Virus record (IMG/VR): IMGVR_UViG_3300017774_005026 | Location: 1 to 27,441 of that record | Source of the DNA: a virus | Taxonomy: Duplodnaviria > Caudoviricetes | Length of the DNA stretch: 27,441 nucleotides | Reading direction: 5' to 3' (one strand) | Shown here: positions 18,135 to 26,354 of the stretch, piece by piece | Position numbering within the stretch: the stretch's first letter is position 1 | How the letters are laid out: each line of letters opens with the position of its first letter | The notes under the pieces: model-generated | Databases searched by the model: none | What the model saw: only the letters and a program-made list of their open reading frames with translations | Told to the model about the DNA's origin: nothing | Program-made: the position numbers and the translations under genes

Positions 18135-18327
18135 ATTCACCCCCTAGCGGGTCATAAAAGTAACTGGATACTATCATCGGGTCATCGTATTCAACGAATA
18201 CCGGGTATGGATTACCAAACGCTAGACCAGCCAGCACGTAAGATAGAAAGAACGACACAGCAAGAGTCATGCGGATGCGGCCTCTCGTGCGGCGGTGTTT
18301 TGTGTAATATGAGTGCGTGGTGATCAT
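18121..18327 (-). CDS. small membrane protein
   Basis: Basic patch then TM segment LAVSFFLSYVLAGLAF; ATGA coupling. Confidence 0.6.
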   Translation of the reverse strand: MITTHSYYTKHRRTRGRIRMTLAVSFFLSYVLAGLAFGNPYPVFVEYDDPMIVSSYFYDPLGGEYEIR

Positions 18328-18542
18328 GATTTTCCCCTTAAAAGTTTTATTCTGTAACAAGATGCTTCAAACAAAAGCGATGCAAGTTTGTCCCGGTGTT
18401 TTGCTTGCCTGTCAAATTGACCCGGCTCAGGAACGTCTGGTATTTCATCAAGAAAAGCCTCAAATCTGTTTGATAAATCTTCATATTCTTGACGCCTCAT
18501 TAACGCCTCTGAAATATCGGAAAATAGGCCAAAATGTCTCAT
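18324..18542 (-). CDS. hypothetical protein
   Basis: GGAG RBS; coupled within the operon. Confidence 0.6.
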   Translation of the reverse strand: MRHFGLFSDISEALMRRQEYEDLSNRFEAFLDEIPDVPEPGQFDRQAKHRDKLASLLFEASCYRIKLLRGKS

Positions 18543-18901
18543 GGTGTTTCTCCTTTTGCTTTTGCGATTGCGGCGCGTGCAGTTTTTACTTCCGACGCCT
18601 TCATTAATCCTCTGGCATCTTCCGCAGAGCCCCAGCCAGCGCTAATCTTTTCGAGCGCCTCAAGCAATTCATTGCGCTGGTCCAATAGCTGGCGCGGTGT
18701 TAATCCGCACTCAGTGGCAACGGTTCCGGCTTCTGCGATTAGGCAGGCGTTTGCTAGGTTTTCCTTTTCGCCCATAATACCAATTGCTATTGCAATGGTG
18801 CTGACCGAGTTTATTGGCGATGGATACTTTCCAATAAATATTTCATCGCTTCCATCATCGTATACGTACCAAGGTCCCGGCGTGTGTGTTTCGTGTGTCA
18901 T
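18539..18901 (-). CDS. conserved phage early protein (HTPGPW...ANAxLIA...LLEAL family)
   Basis: Motif recognition; coupled within the operon. Confidence 0.7.
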   Translation of the reverse strand: MTHETHTPGPWYVYDDGSDEIFIGKYPSPINSVSTIAIAIGIMGEKENLANACLIAEAGTVATECGLTPRQLLDQRNELLEALEKISAGWGSAEDARGLMKASEVKTARAAIAKAKGETP

Positions 18902-19224
18902 AGCACATCCCCCATACGCTGGCGGTGTTGCTCTTCATACGTGCCATATTTTTCTTGGTCTTCTGCGGCTTCTCGGATTTCCTTGGCCGCAGCTTCTGCG
19001 CTTATGGCCAGATCGGACGCCCAAACCTCAAAATGCTCAAGGTCGTTATCAAGTGCGTTGATCATATCATTACCCGGCGTCTGTGTTTCAATGAGCAATC
19101 TAAATGACGTTAAAAGCGCCTCATAAGCTTTGAGCTGATCGGCAATATTAAGCGCCTCTTGCTCAGTTTCTGCGGCATCAATTGTTGATTCAATGTCGGT
19201 AAATAAATATTCCAAATATTGCAT
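18898..19224 (-). CDS. acidic protein, first gene of distal early operon
   Basis: AAGGAG RBS just downstream of a consensus promoter; strongly Asp/Glu-rich. Confidence 0.75.
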   Translation of the reverse strand: MQYLEYLFTDIESTIDAAETEQEALNIADQLKAYEALLTSFRLLIETQTPGNDMINALDNDLEHFEVWASDLAISAEAAAKEIREAAEDQEKYGTYEEQHRQRMGDVL

Positions 19225-19247
19225 GTGTTATCTCCTTTGTTAAAAAG

Positions 19248-19276
19248 ATAGTACCTGTACTATATAGGACAGTCAA
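19248..19276 (-). promoter_or_regulatory. sigma70 promoter with 18-bp palindromic operator (19255-19272)
   Basis: TTGACT-N17-TACTAT; CTGTACTATATAGGACAG covers the spacer. Confidence 0.8.
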
Positions 19277-19284
19277 TAGGCTAT

Positions 19285-19509
19285 TTAATTATTTTTTAAA
19301 TAATGCTGAATCGTAGACCTGCCGCGATTCATAACCGCTGCAATCTGGCCGTAGCTAAAGCCTTTGTCTCGCATTTCCTTTATGAGCGCCCGGCGAGCCT
19401 GTAAGATTTCCCGGCTTCTGGAAAGCGAAATAAGCTTACTTTGATGCAGTTTATGGGTTTTGCAATATTCTGTAAAAAACACTCTCGCAATCGTTTTATC
19501 AATCTTCAT
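19285..19509 (-). CDS. stand-alone DnaA C-terminal-like HTH protein
   Basis: SRSREILQARR..MR..GFSYGQIAAVMNRGRSTIQH resembles DnaA domain IV. Confidence 0.65.
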   Translation of the reverse strand: MKIDKTIARVFFTEYCKTHKLHQSKLISLSRSREILQARRALIKEMRDKGFSYGQIAAVMNRGRSTIQHYLKNN

Positions 19510-19867
19510 TTTTCTGTCCTCTATATGTTACCTCAATCACAACCTTGCCGCCCTTTATGACCCCACCACGGGCAACCATAATCGGGCAAAATCTTCTGTC
19601 ATCTATGCCCCATGATTTCGCCATGCCATCAAGAAACGACTTCATAGACGCCAGCGCGTTATCAAGGTCGTAGTTCCTTTTGGTCGGCGCGTGGAACGTC
19701 AAGAAAAGCGGAATATCACCGTCTTCAAAATCCGCCCTATTTGCCTTACCTAGAAAAAAGCCCTCATTGAAAGATAGCTTTTTCGCCTTTGCTTTTCTCG
19801 CCCAGTGAGACGTTCGGTTTGGGTTTAAAATCGAATCTGGCCATGGGGCTTCAATAAGCTTAATCAA
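19499..19867 (-). CDS. rusA: RusA-like endodeoxyribonuclease
   Basis: PTKRNYDLDN..KSFLDG...IDD acidic motifs; probable TTG start at 19867 after GGAG. Confidence 0.7.
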   Translation of the reverse strand: MIKLIEAPWPDSILNPNRTSHWARKAKAKKLSFNEGFFLGKANRADFEDGDIPLFLTFHAPTKRNYDLDNALASMKSFLDGMAKSWGIDDRRFCPIMVARGGVIKGGKVVIEVTYRGQKNED

Positions 19868-20057
19868 AATATTCTCTCCCTGCTGGTGTGTCTCTGTATT
19901 TTGACCGGGTTTTAGCCACAAGACGGATATAATGCCTTGGTATGCTGTATTTCTTGGCAAGCTCGTCTTTGGTCCGCGCAAGCTCAAACTCGGTTGGTCT
20001 TCCGGGTATATACAGCTCCTCAATGTTAAAGCCATCAACCCGCATATTGTAAATCAT
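19860..20057 (-). CDS. hypothetical protein
   Basis: AGGAG RBS; coupled within the operon. Confidence 0.6.
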   Translation of the reverse strand: MIYNMRVDGFNIEELYIPGRPTEFELARTKDELAKKYSIPRHYIRLVAKTRSKYRDTPAGREYFD

Positions 20058-20794
20058 AACAAATTCTCCTGTTTTGGTTTTTCCCTAGGCGGCTCAATAA
20101 AGAAATCAGGCTGTTTATATGCCTCTTCAATGCGTTTGCAAGCAATGTCGAAATATTTTTCATCAAGCTCAATTCCTATGAACTTGCGGCCAAGTTTGAC
20201 GCAAGCGACTCCGGTTGTGCCAGAGCCCATGAATGGGTCTAGGATTAACCCTTCTGTAAATGATTCTATAATATACTTCATCAAGCCAACCGGTTTTTGA
20301 CTTGGATGATTTGTTCTCTCTCCCGATCTGCAATTAATAGAATCTATCTCTATAATAGAATCCGGCGTTGCGTATTCCATTGTTTCTTTTTGTTTTTTAT
20401 TTAACCTGTTTAATTCTAATGAATTTCTTTTTCTTTTTTGCGGGTTCCATTTGTAATCACCAAACACAAGCACTCTTTCATGCCTTCTTATTGGCATTCG
20501 CTTTGCGTTCATTGCGTTGGTTGCGCAGTTCTTTACCCAAACACAATCGAATTTAAAATTTAATGGGCTTTGGTTTATTAAGCTCGTAGCAAAAGGTTCT
20601 GTAGCGGTTGCAACACAGCAATCAGCAACCATCCATTTTGATGGATGTACAACAATGTCCCATTTATGGTATGTTACCCCATAAGGCGGGTCGGTCACCA
20701 CGGCATCAACCTTGCCCAGCGCGGGCATCACATCAAGGCAATCGCCTTGATACAGAACACAATCGCCTATGATTTCTTTGCGTTTATAGGTCAT
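20054..20794 (-). CDS. DNA N6-adenine/N4-cytosine methyltransferase (beta class)
   Basis: TDPPY, HPSQKP, LDPFMGSGTTG, GIE motifs; start at ATG 20794. Confidence 0.9.
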   Translation of the reverse strand: MTYKRKEIIGDCVLYQGDCLDVMPALGKVDAVVTDPPYGVTYHKWDIVVHPSKWMVADCCVATATEPFATSLINQSPLNFKFDCVWVKNCATNAMNAKRMPIRRHERVLVFGDYKWNPQKRKRNSLELNRLNKKQKETMEYATPDSIIEIDSINCRSGERTNHPSQKPVGLMKYIIESFTEGLILDPFMGSGTTGVACVKLGRKFIGIELDEKYFDIACKRIEEAYKQPDFFIEPPREKPKQENLL

Positions 20795-20810
20795 AAGTTT
20801 GCCCCCATAA

Positions 20811-21128
20811 TTAAATTCTGCCCCGAAGGTTGGCGCTTTGCGAACGCCAAACCTCAATTTTCATTTCTGCCGCGCTTTTCATTGCCCGCAACTCCTCATC
20901 ACGAACAACCGCCGCTCGCAAGACGTTAAGATGGTGCAAATAGTGATCATGTGCGTATGCTTGGTTTTCCCTATCTGCAACGCCGCCCTCTGCGTTTAAA
21001 AAGAGCATGGCCTTGAGAGATTTGCGATATTCCTCAGCCCAAACCCTTTCGCCTTTTGCCCGCGCAATTTTGCCCGCGTTATCGCGTATCCAATCGGCGG
21101 CCTTTTCAGCCTGTTCGTCGCTAATCAA
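20811..21128 (-). CDS. helical phage protein, possibly recombination mediator (UvsY-like)
   Basis: 105 aa all-alpha, ends IEVWRSQSANLR; lies next to the SSB-like gene. Confidence 0.45.
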   Translation of the reverse strand: MISDEQAEKAADWIRDNAGKIARAKGERVWAEEYRKSLKAMLFLNAEGGVADRENQAYAHDHYLHHLNVLRAAVVRDEELRAMKSAAEMKIEVWRSQSANLRGRI

Positions 21129-21394
21129 AACGGAATCTCCGAATCAAACTCATCAGCCACAGGTGGGGCTTGCTTTGCCACTGTTTTTGCCACTTCTTTA
21201 GCCGGGCTAAGGTCTTTATTTTTCCATGTGATTTTAAAATATTCCTTGCCGTTTTTGTCTTTATTTCGCCAGACATCTATCCAGACATCTTTGCCCTCGA
21301 TTTTGCCAGACCCGGTAAAGTCTGGGTGACTATCAAGGTTTTTGCGCTCGTTAATACGGAAAGTTCCTGATTTTTCTCTATGTACAAATGTCAT
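21125..21394 (-). CDS. single-stranded DNA-binding protein (DUF736-like)
   Basis: HPDFTG..W pattern and acidic tail DEFDSEIPF. Confidence 0.7.
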   Translation of the reverse strand: MTFVHREKSGTFRINERKNLDSHPDFTGSGKIEGKDVWIDVWRNKDKNGKEYFKITWKNKDLSPAKEVAKTVAKQAPPVADEFDSEIPF

Positions 21395-21403
21395 TTTATG
21401 CTC

Positions 21404-22255
21404 CTATACGTATTTAATGCTGGCGATTGTGCCAAGTTGTTGTTTCATGCCATAGCCCTCGGCAGGCGCTGGCGGGCAGTATGTGATTCCCTCTTTTTTG
21501 TATGGCGTTCCATCTGAGCGTTTAAGAATCCGCCAAGTTGTTTTATAGCCCTGTCCAAATTTCTCGACATATCGGTTTCCAATCAAGAATTCAACGGCTT
21601 TAACATAGCATGAGCTGGTTATGTTTAGGTCTCTGGCGATAATCGAGAGCCTTGGCGCTTCGCCAATATTAGTTATTGCAATGGCCATTTCTAAGATTTT
21701 CATCGCGTCCTTAATTTCGGACCCGGCCATTCTTTTTCTGTACGCTTTGCGCTGTGAATCCTCTTCGCTTAAAACCTCATCAACCATTGCGCCAATGCTT
21801 TTAGGCGAGTTTGGTTTTTTATATGGCGCACCGTTGGCGCGTTTTAGAATTGTCCAGGTTGTGCCGTTATTTACGCCGGTTTTTTTAATATAGCCGTTAC
21901 GAATTAAAGACTGGACGACAGGGCCATAAAATGTCTTGCCGATCCCAAGATCACTGTAAGCATCATCCATGAGGAGCTTTTCACCCTTGTCTGATTTGGC
22001 GCATAGCGCCGCCAGAAGCTTCATTCCGGTATTATGAATGCGCACCAAGCTTTCTTCATCTGTTTTATCTGCGGCGTTGCTGGACGTTTCAGAATAGCGT
22101 GTTGTAATCTGAATCGGCACATCTTGCGGCCTTGCGGGTGAGCCATAGATAAACTCCATGCCTTGCCGGGCCTGCTCAATAGCATCATTCACATCTTGTG
22201 AGGTGCGCATGGCCAGTTTTAGCAGCGATGCTTTCAGTTTTTGAACATCATCCAT
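21404..22255 (-). CDS. protein with two tandem winged-HTH-like repeats
   Basis: Internal repeat LIRNGYIKK..TTWTILKRANGAPYKK / LIGNRYVEK..TTWRILKRSDGTPYKK. Confidence 0.6.
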   Translation of the reverse strand: MDDVQKLKASLLKLAMRTSQDVNDAIEQARQGMEFIYGSPARPQDVPIQITTRYSETSSNAADKTDEESLVRIHNTGMKLLAALCAKSDKGEKLLMDDAYSDLGIGKTFYGPVVQSLIRNGYIKKTGVNNGTTWTILKRANGAPYKKPNSPKSIGAMVDEVLSEEDSQRKAYRKRMAGSEIKDAMKILEMAIAITNIGEAPRLSIIARDLNITSSCYVKAVEFLIGNRYVEKFGQGYKTTWRILKRSDGTPYKKEGITYCPPAPAEGYGMKQQLGTIASIKYV

Positions 22256-23105
22256 TTTTGGTCTCCTTTTTCAGTTGGTTTAGTTTGTTTGTGTATAATT
22301 TTACAGCCCTTTGATACGGGCTACCGTCTTTAGTTTGATGCGTGTCTGCCTCTAATGTTACGTCAAGCGCTTTTAGTTTGTGGTCGTTACCAAGCATCCA
22401 CGTTGATAGTGTTTTTTCGTCTGTGCTTTTGTCTACGTAATCCTTAACCGTTTTTGCGAAATCTTTGGCCTCTTGAACATCAATAAACGTATACTTAGCC
22501 AATGGCAGGATTACGTTCGCAGCTAAAGCCGCTTTACGGTTATCAGCGATATCGCCCAGCATTCCCTGTGTCATTTCAGGCAAACCGGCAATTTTCTGCG
22601 CATATTGGTCAAGAACGGTGTCAATCTCAACCGGGTCAACGCAGCATTGAATGGCGTATGAAATATCTCGCTGGGTCATCGATCCATCGCGTGTGAACTG
22701 CACTGGCTCTGGCTGTTTTGGCTCTTCATAGCGGTCTGGCCATGTATCAACCTCTTCTTGTGAAGCGTACTCACCACCGCCCAGACCGATTCCGGCAAGA
22801 GCGCGGCCCACGGCTGTTGTCTCTAGCTTCTCAAGGGACTTCTCTTTGCTAATATCAGTTGCATAAGCGTTGCCCATAGAGATGATAAACCCATCTTTGT
22901 TTTTAATTGTGGCGGTGAACACAACGCCCTTTGCTGTAGGATTCAGGCTTGTTTCAAAACCATATTCCAGACCGAAATGGCGGCGGAAAGCTTCCATGCG
23001 ATTGGCAATTTGAGTGTATTTCTTACCACCCTTGACTTGAATGCCCAGCTTTTCATGCGCGGCACTCACATCATCCATGGCTTTTCTAAGAATATCAGCG
23101 GTCAT
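22248..23105 (-). CDS. putative single-strand annealing recombinase (Rad52/Sak/Erf-like)
   Basis: KKYTQIANRMEAFR..EKLETTAVGRALAGIG..EYAS..EV motif; near the SSB-like gene. Confidence 0.6.
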   Translation of the reverse strand: MTADILRKAMDDVSAAHEKLGIQVKGGKKYTQIANRMEAFRRHFGLEYGFETSLNPTAKGVVFTATIKNKDGFIISMGNAYATDISKEKSLEKLETTAVGRALAGIGLGGGEYASQEEVDTWPDRYEEPKQPEPVQFTRDGSMTQRDISYAIQCCVDPVEIDTVLDQYAQKIAGLPEMTQGMLGDIADNRKAALAANVILPLAKYTFIDVQEAKDFAKTVKDYVDKSTDEKTLSTWMLGNDHKLKALDVTLEADTHQTKDGSPYQRAVKLYTNKLNQLKKETKNG

Positions 23106-23218
23106 TTCAGTCTCTCCAGTTGTAAAGCAGCGGTCATCATGGGCTTGTTCACATAATGAGGGCGCGGCAGGGTTTCTTTGTTGTAGTCAATCAGCAGTAG
23201 TAAATCTTGCGGGGTCAT
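23102..23218 (-). CDS. hypothetical protein (38 aa; not in ORF track)
   Basis: GGAG RBS; ATGA coupling on both sides. Confidence 0.55.
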   Translation of the reverse strand: MTPQDLLLLIDYNKETLPRPHYVNKPMMTAALQLERLK

Positions 23219-23463
23219 GCTGCATCTCCGCTGATTTTGTTCATGGCAATATGTCTGGCTTTTTTTGCATAATCTTCAGCCTGTTGAATAAGGCGATCAA
23301 AATCATGCTCAAGGGCAAACGCTAATTCTGGGTCTCTCATTAAGCGAACATAAATTTTAAGATTTCTAATTTCATTCGCAGCGGTCATTAACCGATGATC
23401 AACGGGTGCGCCGGTTTCACATAGCTTAAGCGTGTGCTCTAAATATTCGCTGGTTTCTTGCAT
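23215..23463 (-). CDS. hypothetical protein, first gene of leftward operon
   Basis: GAGG RBS; downstream of a promoter. Confidence 0.7.
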   Translation of the reverse strand: MQETSEYLEHTLKLCETGAPVDHRLMTAANEIRNLKIYVRLMRDPELAFALEHDFDRLIQQAEDYAKKARHIAMNKISGDAA

Positions 23464-23492
23464 TTCAATACCTCGTAAGTTGTCTTATATAA

Positions 23493-23521
23493 GCTGTACT
23501 AAATAGCACAGCGCTAGTCAA
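23493..23521 (-). promoter_or_regulatory. leftward promoter with second copy of the palindromic operator (23494-23511)
   Basis: TTGACT-N17-TACAGC (weak -10); CTGTACTAAATAGCACAG. Confidence 0.65.
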
Positions 23522-23540
23522 TAGGGTATGTGAAAAATTA

Positions 23541-23573
23541 TTTAGCCGTGACTTAGCCATGATTTAGCCGTGA
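23541..23573 (+). repeat. three tandem 11-bp repeats (YTTAGCCRTGA)
   Basis: tttagccgtga cttagccatga tttagccgtga. Confidence 0.85.
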
Positions 23574-23598
23574 TTTTTGTATTGTGTGCAAAATATAT

Positions 23599-23627
23599 TT
23601 GACAGGGCAGGGAACTTTTTTTATTCT
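23599..23627 (+). promoter_or_regulatory. rightward sigma70 promoter for replication operon
   Basis: TTGACA-N17-TATTCT. Confidence 0.75.
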
Positions 23628-23722
23628 GTGACAGTGAGGGCGCGAATTGCAATCGTGCCTACCTCGTCCCGGCCTTGGCCCTCACACATTTTCTCAAAGC
23701 GGACGGAAAGAGACGAGGAATT

Positions 23723-23875
23723 ATGAAGAAACTTTCAGATATACTTGCCATAAAATTAATCGAGCTTGCAATAAGCGACGACCTACCACAAACAATCCAC
23801 AATCTTTCATTGATTAGCGAGGCCGGATTAAACGCGCCTGCGCTGGACATCAGCAAGGGGCATCAAGATGATTAA
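23723..23875 (+). CDS. small leader ORF (50 aa)
   Basis: GAGGA RBS before ATG 23723; overlaps the initiator start. Confidence 0.55.
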   Translation: MKKLSDILAIKLIELAISDDLPQTIHNLSLISEAGLNAPALDISKGHQDD

Positions 23876-24509
23876 AATTAAAAATTGGGACGATCTCCAG
23901 CATTTTAAGGACAGGAATCCACCGTGGATTAAGCTGTATAAAACAATATTGGAACGCCGTGATATCGCGATGATATCAGACTGTAACTTTAGAATTTTGA
24001 TAGGGCTTTGGCTCCTCGCAAGCGAAGACACCGAGAGGGAGGGCGTTTTACCAGAAATAGCGGACATTGCTTTCAGGCTTCGCAAAACAGAAAAGGAAAT
24101 AAACAAGGCAATTCAAGACCTTGCAGATTTTCTAATAGTCTCTGAGACACCGCGATATCATGATGATATCAACGCTATATCCCTCGCGCGCTCGCAAGAG
24201 ACAGAGACAGAGACAGAGACAGAGACAGAGAACGCACCGCCGACCAAAAAGATTAGCACCTTGGAAAAGCTGCAATCAGAAAAACTTAATGGCCACTATG
24301 AAAACTGGTTTAAAGAAAACTGTCCGCAGGTTGATAGATTTGGCTTACGAGAAGAGTTAATCCTATACTGCCGCAGCAAAGGTAAGAAATACAGCGACTA
24401 CTGGGCAACCATGCAAGCTTGGGGCAGACGCAGACAAGGCGAACTTGAAAGCAAAAAAACTAAATCGAACCCACAAACGTCGGAGGTTATGCGTGAATAT
24501 GGATTTTAA
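23868..24509 (+). CDS. phage replication initiator (replisome organiser-like)
   Basis: IKNWDDLQHFKDRNPPWIKL N-terminus, ETETET linker, C-terminal KYSDYWATMQAW; directly upstream of DnaB. Confidence 0.8.
   Translation: MIKIKNWDDLQHFKDRNPPWIKLYKTILERRDIAMISDCNFRILIGLWLLASEDTEREGVLPEIADIAFRLRKTEKEINKAIQDLADFLIVSETPRYHDDINAISLARSQETETETETETENAPPTKKISTLEKLQSEKLNGHYENWFKENCPQVDRFGLREELILYCRSKGKKYSDYWATMQAWGRRRQGELESKKTKSNPQTSEVMREYGF
24198..24230 (+). repeat. (GAGACA)5.5 hexamer repeat encoding the ETETET linker
   Basis: Read directly from the sequence. Confidence 0.9.
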
Positions 24510-25728
24510 CTCAATCGAGGCAGAGCAAGGCCTTTTAGGCTGTTTGTTTTTGCACAACGAAAAGATTTTTGATATCGCTGGAACAGTAAGACCGGAAGAT
24601 TTCGCGCACCCGTTTCACGCCGATGTTTTTGCAAAATCCTACGAGCTAATAACCGCAGGAAAGTCATTTAGCCCGGTTGCGCTTAAGCCGTATTTCATCG
24701 GCAGGACAGACGCCGACGAAAATTATTTAATCGAGCTGGCTGCATCCGCTTTTGGCGTTATTAACGCAGAATCCTATGCTCAGACTATACGCGACATGGC
24801 GGACAAGCGCCGCTTGCAAGAAATAATCAGGGCTTTACAGGAATCCATGCTTTCAAAATCAGCCGATGAAGTTAGATCGGAAGCAATGGGCTTGTTAGAA
24901 AAAACAGCCGGAACAAGTATTTTCGTAAAAACTAAGCGCCAAGTCGCGATGGAAGCTTGCGAGGCAGTTAAACTACCACCACAATGCTACACAACGGGGC
25001 TACAGGGGCTTGACAATGCCATGGCTGGGGGGTTGTACGCCGGATTTACATATGGCCTCTGTGGGGCCGCAAAACGCGGCAAAACCACATTTGCGCACAC
25101 GATATCTGAAAACCTAAATGAAAACGGCGTTCCACATGCGTATATTGCGCTTGAGATGGGTTCGCAGCAAATCGAGCAGCGAAACATTGCCCGGCGCATA
25201 GGGGTTAATTCATTAGCGTTTATGGCAAAGGAAAAAAACCCTGCTATCTTGAGCAGAATGGCGCAAGAGGCTGTGATTGGTAAGGATCACACGCTTTATC
25301 TAGACATGCCGGGCTGCAGTTTTAATCAAATTAAGGGCGAAATAGCCCGTTTGGTTTCTAAACGGCAAATCACCGGATTTATTTTGGATTACTGGCAACT
25401 TGTACAGGGCGGCGAAAAGCATCAAAGCAAGGCTGATTTTCTGTATGACGTTGCGCAATGGTGCGCCAACTTCTCGCGCAGGCACAAAATCTGGTGCGTC
25501 ATTCTTAGCCAGCTAAACCGCGAAGGCCAAGTGTTTGGCTCCGCTGGGCTTGAAAAAGCTTGCGACCAAATGTTTTTTATTGAAAAGGCCGAAACAAACA
25601 CCGATGTGACAGAGCTTTATCTCACGATGACGCATAGCCGATACACACCGATGGCAGACGTAGGCACGAACGAAAGGCCCGCGTTTTATATCAACCAGAA
25701 GCATGGTCCGCACATAGCCGAGATTTAA
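24499..25728 (+). CDS. dnaB: DnaB-like replicative helicase
   Basis: N-terminal IEAEQGLLG domain, Walker A GAAKRGKTT, ALEM, ILDYWQL, LSQLNR. Confidence 0.9.
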   Translation: MDFNSIEAEQGLLGCLFLHNEKIFDIAGTVRPEDFAHPFHADVFAKSYELITAGKSFSPVALKPYFIGRTDADENYLIELAASAFGVINAESYAQTIRDMADKRRLQEIIRALQESMLSKSADEVRSEAMGLLEKTAGTSIFVKTKRQVAMEACEAVKLPPQCYTTGLQGLDNAMAGGLYAGFTYGLCGAAKRGKTTFAHTISENLNENGVPHAYIALEMGSQQIEQRNIARRIGVNSLAFMAKEKNPAILSRMAQEAVIGKDHTLYLDMPGCSFNQIKGEIARLVSKRQITGFILDYWQLVQGGEKHQSKADFLYDVAQWCANFSRRHKIWCVILSQLNREGQVFGSAGLEKACDQMFFIEKAETNTDVTELYLTMTHSRYTPMADVGTNERPAFYINQKHGPHIAEI

Positions 25729-25835
25729 ACGCCCATAAGTTATAAAAACCAGTTTTATGCATCACCCGAAATTGCACGACATGGCCAAGAAATTTGACAA
25801 GGCGCAAAAAAGAAACAATATTACCCAAAATAATA

Positions 25836-25865
25836 TTTGACACGCCGTCAAAGCTATGCGATATT
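25836..25865 (+). promoter_or_regulatory. promoter with inverted repeat TTTGAC-N5-GTCAAA over the -35
   Basis: TTGACA at 25837; palindrome 25836-25852; -10 imperfect. Confidence 0.55.
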
Positions 25866-25910
25866 TAATCATCAACAGGGCAATGATGCCCGCCTAACAG
25901 GAGACTGAAG

Positions 25911-26120
25911 ATGACACGCAACCAGCAAGAAATAATTAGCTACCTCAACAGCAAAAAAATCGTTTACGGTTTTAAAACAGTTTACGAAAATAATGCACCA
26001 GTTAAAACTGAATGGATGCCGATCAAGATTACCAAGAAAGACCAGTTTTATCGCGCTAATGGCGTTGTCGTTAGTCACAGCTGGGCAAAATTTATTGTCC
26101 GCGAAGGGATGGGCGCATAA
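25911..26120 (+). CDS. hypothetical protein
   Basis: AGGAG RBS. Confidence 0.7.
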   Translation: MTRNQQEIISYLNSKKIVYGFKTVYENNAPVKTEWMPIKITKKDQFYRANGVVVSHSWAKFIVREGMGA

Positions 26121-26354
26121 ATGACCCCAGAACAGTTTATCAAAATCCGCAAAGACGCTGGGCTATCACTGGCCCAGCTATCCGAAATCATCCGCGTTCA
26201 TACCCGCACCATCAGGCGCTATGAAGATGGCTCAGTGCCTATCAGCGGCCCCGTGTCAGCATTGATGGAAATAATCGAGCGCCATAGCAAGTGGATTCCT
26301 AAGGTTTACAAATATGAAGACTTTGAAAAGCCCATACGTGATTCACGTACTTGA
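26121..26354 (+). CDS. XRE/Cro-type HTH transcriptional regulator
   Basis: IRKDAGLSLAQLSEIIRVHTRTIRRYEDG..PI. Confidence 0.85.
   Translation: MTPEQFIKIRKDAGLSLAQLSEIIRVHTRTIRRYEDGSVPISGPVSALMEIIERHSKWIPKVYKYEDFEKPIRDSRT

Noticed and set aside
19255-19272. Canonical E. coli-type LexA box
   Set aside because: The spacer is 10 nt rather than 8 in both copies.
20054-20794. Restriction-modification system
   Set aside because: No cognate endonuclease is evident; orphan methyltransferases are ordinary in phages.
23211-23221. 8-nt match (GTCATGCT) between the unit-1 seed and the start of ORF 23102-23218
   Set aside because: Too short to distinguish from chance.
24198-24230. Phase-variable microsatellite
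   Set aside because: The hexamer unit is frame-preserving, and ET-repeat linkers are common in phage initiators.
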